Shown piece after piece: positions 59,810-64,000 of a DNA stretch of 64,000 nt; position 1 is the stretch's first letter, and each line of letters begins with the position of its first letter. Origin of the DNA: a virus. A program made the translations under genes and the position numbers. The notes beneath the pieces are model-generated. The model was not told the DNA's origin, did not search any database, and was given only the letters and a program-made list of their open reading frames with translations. Location of the stretch: positions 58,430 to 122,429 of IMG/VR virus record IMGVR_UViG_3300048999_000166; one strand, given 5' to 3'.

Positions 59810-60067
59810 AGCAAGCTCCCCCAGGACCAGTGCAACGAGACGTGGAAGCTCCCCAGAATCCCGGAGCGGGCACGAGCAAGACAGGGCGTGCGCGCCGTAG
59901 TCGTTCGCTCCCCGGCACCACGATAGAAAGAAGTGGAGACCAGCGCGGGCCAGGTCGCTCCCCAGCACCTTCAACACACCGCGCTGGTCTCCACAACACC
60001 CGTCAAGATGCTCGCCTGACGGGCACATCATGATCGGTTAGCGGGTTCGAGCCGCTGACGCGATCGG
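59810..60067 (+). ncRNA. Non-coding, hairpin-rich region with four GCTCCCC repeats
   Basis: GCTCCCC at 59815, 59848, 59907, 59957; 16-bp perfect stem 59933-59948/59979-59994; further hairpins to about 60067. Confidence 0.4.
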
Positions 60068-60097
60068 CACATCTCCCTCGCGTGAGGACGTGGAGAC

Positions 60098-60355
60098 ATG
60101 CACTCGCAATGTTGCACCAACAATGCGCCCGCCGCAAGTGGAAAGTCGCCCAGCCGCGGTAATAAGTGTGACGAATGTGGTCAACCTAACACCGGTAACG
60201 CGACGGTCGTTCTAGGGTTTGGCACATTCCACCCGGAATGCGTGGAGACCTGTCCGCACGGGTGGCTCTGGCCTTTGTCAGTGATCCATTCCGATGAGGT
60301 CACCTGGTACTGCGGAGCATGCGCGATCGAGGCCGGCCGAGATGAGCCGGCATGA
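60098..60355 (+). CDS. Cys-rich hypothetical protein
   Basis: RBS GGAG; multiple CxxC; lower GC. Confidence 0.45.
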   Translation: MHSQCCTNNAPAASGKSPSRGNKCDECGQPNTGNATVVLGFGTFHPECVETCPHGWLWPLSVIHSDEVTWYCGACAIEAGRDEPA

Positions 60356-60555
60356 GCCGCTTCGTGGAGGGCTACACCGTCGCTGGCCTGTTCGGGAGCA
60401 CCGAGGTGTTCTCCTGCGAGGGCTGCGGCGGGCTCGTCGCCGACCGGGCGCGCCACGACATCTTCCACCGTGCGCTGCGGCTGACCACCGGTTTCAACGC
60501 CGGCTACCGGCGCTCCAAGGAGTGGCTACGCATCCGTGAGGAGCGCGGCGCATGA
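60352..60555 (+). CDS. Hypothetical protein
   Basis: ATGA overlaps; CxxCG.LV.D...H..FH. Confidence 0.6.
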   Translation: MSRFVEGYTVAGLFGSTEVFSCEGCGGLVADRARHDIFHRALRLTTGFNAGYRRSKEWLRIREERGA

Positions 60556-60737
60556 CCGGCGCGGAGGTGTTGCGCTTCACCGCCGACGCGGAGCTGCTGG
60601 GCGAAAGAGTGGCCTATTGGCTCTCACGCGAGTCTCAGGGCTGGTCGGCGCTCGATGAAACGATCTACTGGCTGCGCGTCGACAAGACCGAGACCAAGAA
60701 CCCTAAGGCGATGTGGTCGCCGTATGAGGCGGCCTAA
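60552..60737 (+). CDS. Hypothetical protein
   Basis: ATGA overlap. Confidence 0.5.
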   Translation: MTGAEVLRFTADAELLGERVAYWLSRESQGWSALDETIYWLRVDKTETKNPKAMWSPYEAA

Positions 60738-60739
60738 CA

Positions 60740-60931
60740 ATGCCCAAGGGAGAAGTGCAGGCGGCCCGCACGCATTGTCCGGCCGGTCACGAGTACTCGT
60801 TCGCCAACACGCTCGTATCGCACGGGCGCGACGGCTACACGCGACGTACCTGCCGACGCTGTCGTCGCGACCGTCAGCGCGACGTCTACCGAGCGGTCAT
60901 GGCCGCGGCTCGCTTGCGAGGTAGCTGGTGA
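60740..60931 (+). CDS. Stand-alone Zn finger (THC..GH..NT..CxxC)
   Basis: RTHCPAGHEYSFANT...R.CRRC. Confidence 0.65.
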   Translation: MPKGEVQAARTHCPAGHEYSFANTLVSHGRDGYTRRTCRRCRRDRQRDVYRAVMAAARLRGSW

Positions 60932-61308
60932 GCCCGGAGCGCATCGAGTTCGACTTCAGCCAGAGCGTCGCGGTGATGCCTCAGGTCAAGGCGATGGAGG
61001 CGTGGCTGACCGGCCACGGCTTCCCCACCAAGCAGGTGCCGCTCGCCGGCTGGGTCGAGCGCGACGTCGAGGCGCGCACCGTGACCGCGCTCGTGATGGC
61101 GTGGCGTCCGGGCGAAGAGGAGAAGTTCACCGCGGATCGGCCGATGTCGATCTGCTACGCGGGACGACACGCGACCCCGGTCGTCGCCTACTCCTACGAC
61201 AACAAGACGCTGACCTACCTGACCCCCGACCCGCGCGACACCTGGAGGGCGGTGCTGACCATCCAGCTCGACCGGGAGCCGGCGCCCTTCCCGGAGGTGA
61301 CGCGGTGA
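60928..61308 (+). CDS. Hypothetical protein
   Basis: GTGA overlaps. Confidence 0.6.
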   Translation: MSPERIEFDFSQSVAVMPQVKAMEAWLTGHGFPTKQVPLAGWVERDVEARTVTALVMAWRPGEEEKFTADRPMSICYAGRHATPVVAYSYDNKTLTYLTPDPRDTWRAVLTIQLDREPAPFPEVTR

Positions 61309-61592
61309 GGGACTACCACTGCGGGCCCTACATTCCGCGCGTCGATGACGACCACAGCCCCGAGCACGTGCGGCGGCTGTGCGACTGGTGGGTGGGGAAC
61401 CGGGCCGACTGGTTCCGCACCGAGCTAGACCTCGATGACCCTCAGGTCTGGTGGGACACCACCGAACAGGTGCTCGCCCCCTCCGGCGATCGCGTCATGG
61501 TCATCCAGTCACAGCTGCTCGCGTCGGCGCTGTTCAAGATCGCGCAGCTGGAGCAGGCAGCGATCGATAGCAGCGCGGAGCGTGACGCGTGA
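61305..61592 (+). CDS. Hypothetical protein
   Basis: GTGA overlaps. Confidence 0.55.
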   Translation: MRDYHCGPYIPRVDDDHSPEHVRRLCDWWVGNRADWFRTELDLDDPQVWWDTTEQVLAPSGDRVMVIQSQLLASALFKIAQLEQAAIDSSAERDA

Positions 61593-61876
61593 GGCGCATC
61601 GGGTGCTGGCCGCACATCGTGGCGGTGCCCGGACACCTGCAGCCGCGGGACGCGAACGACACCTTCTGCACGTGTCCGCGGTGCGAGTGCCTCGGTCACC
61701 ACCCGATCACCGAGCACGGCCACTACCGGCCGAACCTGCTGGCTGACGCCGACGGTCGGCTGACCATCGAGGCGTCGGGCTTCGGGCAACGCACCAGCGG
61801 CCCCTACACAGAACGCACTTGCACGTTTTGCAAATTCACCTGGCGTAGTTCCGAGAATTACGCGCCCGAGGAGTAG
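61589..61876 (+). CDS. Zn-ribbon-like hypothetical protein
   Basis: CPRC, R.C..C...W. Confidence 0.55.
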   Translation: MRRIGCWPHIVAVPGHLQPRDANDTFCTCPRCECLGHHPITEHGHYRPNLLADADGRLTIEASGFGQRTSGPYTERTCTFCKFTWRSSENYAPEE

Positions 61877-61879
61877 ACC

Positions 61880-62128
61880 ATGGCCAATACCCCCACCCCG
61901 TATATGGAAGACCCGGTCAGGCTTCCGTGCAGCCGCTGCTGCGCGCTCGACTTCCTGTGGCTGGTCGATACCTGGGAGCCGTTGTGCCTGGTGTGCGCCG
62001 CGGCGTCCACCCGCTCGCGCTTCCTCGCGGAGCTGCTCACCCGCCGGGTGGCGACCCGCGCCTCGAAGCGCGCGCTCGCCATCGAGCACCGGCGCACCCA
62101 CCCCGAAGACCTTCCGAAGGCGGGCTGA
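61880..62128 (+). CDS. Zn-finger-like hypothetical protein
   Basis: RBS GAGGAG; CxxC pairs. Confidence 0.55.
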   Translation: MANTPTPYMEDPVRLPCSRCCALDFLWLVDTWEPLCLVCAAASTRSRFLAELLTRRVATRASKRALAIEHRRTHPEDLPKAG

Positions 62129-62234
62129 TGTGCACCTGCGGCCACGCGCACGACGACCACGCTCAGCTCTTCGGCAACGCCTGCGAAGTCAGGGGCTGCA
62201 TGTGCCAGTTGTTCACGCCCGTGTCGGAGCAGCA

Positions 62235-62543
62235 ATGAACGAGGACTACCTGCGCGTCACCCTCGATACCTACATGGTCGGGGTGGACAGCACCCTCGAC
62301 GGACACCGTTGGTGGTCGCAGCTCGGGTCGCCCGTCGCGCTGCACTTTCTGCCCGACGGGAGCTGCTCGGCGACGGTGATGGGTGAAACCAGCACCGTGA
62401 CGCTGCCCGAGGCGCAGCGGCTGCTGATCGAGCACGGGCTCATCGACCCGGATCTCGATGACCCGAGCATGCCGGTGAACGCGTTCGTGTCGGAGGTGCG
62501 CCGCCGGCAGCGGCTGCTCGATGGCGTAACACCCGATGAATGA
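62235..62543 (+). CDS. Hypothetical protein, paralog of 62713-63027
   Basis: V.LD.Y, RWW...G.P, T.TL..A.R.LIE.GLIDP.LDDP..PV.A. Confidence 0.65.
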   Translation: MNEDYLRVTLDTYMVGVDSTLDGHRWWSQLGSPVALHFLPDGSCSATVMGETSTVTLPEAQRLLIEHGLIDPDLDDPSMPVNAFVSEVRRRQRLLDGVTPDE

Positions 62544-62712
62544 CCGTGAAGCGCTCATCGAGCGCATGCGGAAGGCCGCGAACCGGATCTATCCGTGGTC
62601 GCGGCCGATCGCGCCCGAGCCCGTTGATCCGGACGTCACGCGCGCGGAGCCGCGGCGTCACGAGTACCCGATGAGCGGCGCACCTACAGACACCCAAGAA
62701 TCGGATATCTAA

Positions 62713-63027
62713 ATGAGCGAGTTGACTTTTCCCCGGCACGAAGAATGCTACGTGAAACTGGACAAGTACACGATCAACGTTGTTGTTGGTTCGGCGCCTT
62801 ACGAACGTAGATGGTGGGCGCCATTCAGCGGTCCTGTTATCTGTTTTCCGTCCTTCGAGGCACAGAAGGAAAGTTGCGACATTACGCTGAACGATGGGAC
62901 GCGTACGATCACCTTGGCGCAAGCCGAGAGAATTTTGATCGAATTCGGGTTGATTGATCCGGAGTTGGATGACCCGGAGATCCCCGTCTACGCGTGGACG
63001 GCCTTCGCCAGAGGACAGGCTGCGTAG
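62713..63027 (+). CDS. Hypothetical protein, paralog of 62235-62543 (lower GC)
   Basis: Same motifs as 62235-62543. Confidence 0.65.
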   Translation: MSELTFPRHEECYVKLDKYTINVVVGSAPYERRWWAPFSGPVICFPSFEAQKESCDITLNDGTRTITLAQAERILIEFGLIDPELDDPEIPVYAWTAFARGQAA

Positions 63028-63035
63028 GTGAATTC

Positions 63036-63557
63036 ATGACGCCTCGAACTCATGGTATGACGGGCACCTCTATCCACAACCGCTGGATGAAGATCTTGAC
63101 TCGCTGTCAGAACCCGCAGAGCAAGGACTACGCGTACTACGGCGGACGCGGGATCACGGTGTGCGAGCGCTGGCAGACCTTCGAGAACTTCTACGAGGAC
63201 ATGGGTGACCCCCCGCCCGGACTGTGGATCGAGCGCATCGACAACGACGGCCCGTACAGCCCAGAGAACTGTCGCTGGGCCACCATCAGCGACCAGGTAA
63301 AGAACCGCCGTCCGCTGGCCTGGGCCAAGATGTCGCACGGCTCCGCGCACTACAAAGCGAAGCTCACCGAGGGCGACGTGCGCGCCATGCGCAGGGAGTA
63401 CGCGGCCGGCGCGACGCTCGGCGACCTGAGCAGCAAGTACGGCGTCCAAAAGCCCGCGATCCATCGGATCGTTAATCGAACCGCGTGGAAGCGCGTCACA
63501 GACACCCCGACCGTCGACCTGGCGAGTACGGGTAGTGAAACACCCACCAAGGAGTAA
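63036..63557 (+). CDS. HNH-type homing endonuclease (YGGRGI family) with C-terminal HTH
   Basis: HGM, W....RC.NP...[38 protein letters not shown]. Confidence 0.85.
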   Translation: MTPRTHGMTGTSIHNRWMKILTRCQNPQSKDYAYYGGRGITVCERWQTFENFYEDMGDPPPGLWIERIDNDGPYSPENCRWATISDQVKNRRPLAWAKMSHGSAHYKAKLTEGDVRAMRREYAAGATLGDLSSKYGVQKPAIHRIVNRTAWKRVTDTPTVDLASTGSETPTKE

Positions 63558-63563
63558 ATAGCC

Positions 63564-64000
63564 ATGGCACTAAAGGGAGCGTCGACCACGGTCGACCAGG
63601 ACTGGATCGACTGGGAAGGGCTGGCGCGTGAAGGAGCGGCGGTGGTCTGCACCGTCAAGTCCATCGAGCCTGTCGAGGATTTTGGCAATGGAGAGGTCGC
63701 TCCGGTCCGGGCGCGGGTAATTGTCCTCACCGGAAGTAAGGCCGGGGAGGTGTACCCGGACGAGCGCATTCTCAAGGCCGGAATTCGGCTGAAGCTGCAG
63801 GAGATCGGCGATGACGTCGTCGGTCGACTTGGGGTGTACGGAAAGCGCAACCACGTCGGCCTGAATTCCGAGGCCGATGGCGACATCGAGCTGGCGGAAC
63901 GCGCGCTGGCGAAGTTCGGCCGCAACGATGAAGGCGGCGCCGGCAAGACGAAGGCGAAGGTCACCACCAAGAAGGCCGTGGCCGACGACGAGGACGAGGA
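63564..64000 (+). CDS. Putative OB-fold/SSB-like protein with acidic tail (3' truncated)
   Basis: RBS AAGGAG; beta-rich core then K-rich and DDEDE tail; family assignment weak. Confidence 0.45.
   Translation, partial: MALKGASTTVDQDWIDWEGLAREGAAVVCTVKSIEPVEDFGNGEVAPVRARVIVLTGSKAGEVYPDERILKAGIRLKLQEIGDDVVGRLGVYGKRNHVGLNSEADGDIELAERALAKFGRNDEGGAGKTKAKVTTKKAVADDEDE

Noticed and set aside
57715-63557. HNH genes as intron- or intein-encoded
   Set aside because: Both are free-standing, with coupled starts and no interrupted host gene or splice motifs visible

Overview
A 64-kb, high-GC segment of a large actinobacterial phage (or phage-like element), probably infecting a Pseudonocardiaceae/Streptomyces-like host. 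No capsid, terminase, integrase or polymerase gene lies in the window. Layout: (1-2459, +) end of the tail/receptor-binding region, including a PL7 alginate-lyase-like protein; (2456-15719, -) an accessory block with tRNA-Trp and tRNA-Met, Ro60/TROVE preceded by an array of ten Y-RNA-like structured RNAs, a CYTH + MoaA-like radical SAM pair, WhiB, a GT2/GH26/deacetylase polysaccharide cassette and the first ubiquitin-like module; (15828-21971, +) sortase F with a putative substrate, GH25 endolysin, holin and membrane proteins; (21939-40232, -) small genes, a TerD/vWA/TerC cluster, vWA, SpoU methyltransferase, AAA+ ATPase, STAS protein and the second ubiquitin-like module; (40390-64000, mostly +) a MerR-type HTH protein, four ParB-superfamily proteins, two DUF397 proteins, Lsr2, a stand-alone ClpC N-domain, a Top6A/Spo11-like TOPRIM protein, HNH nucleases and SSB-like proteins. 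Best candidates for novelty: (i) a twice-repeated module of a small beta-grasp-like protein ending in Gly-Gly plus 1 or 3 copies of an unannotated domain with an invariant Cys, i.e. a possible phage-encoded ubiquitin-like conjugation system; (ii) the ten-member Y-RNA array with one covarying scaffold but different cargo domains, including a complete non-permuted tRNA fold; (iii) a 39-bp palindrome present twice 18.8 kb apart, once inside a ParB-like gene; (iv) SigR/SigH-type promoters with a shared leader motif driving accessory genes. All family assignments are by eye from motifs; no searches or folding programs were run.
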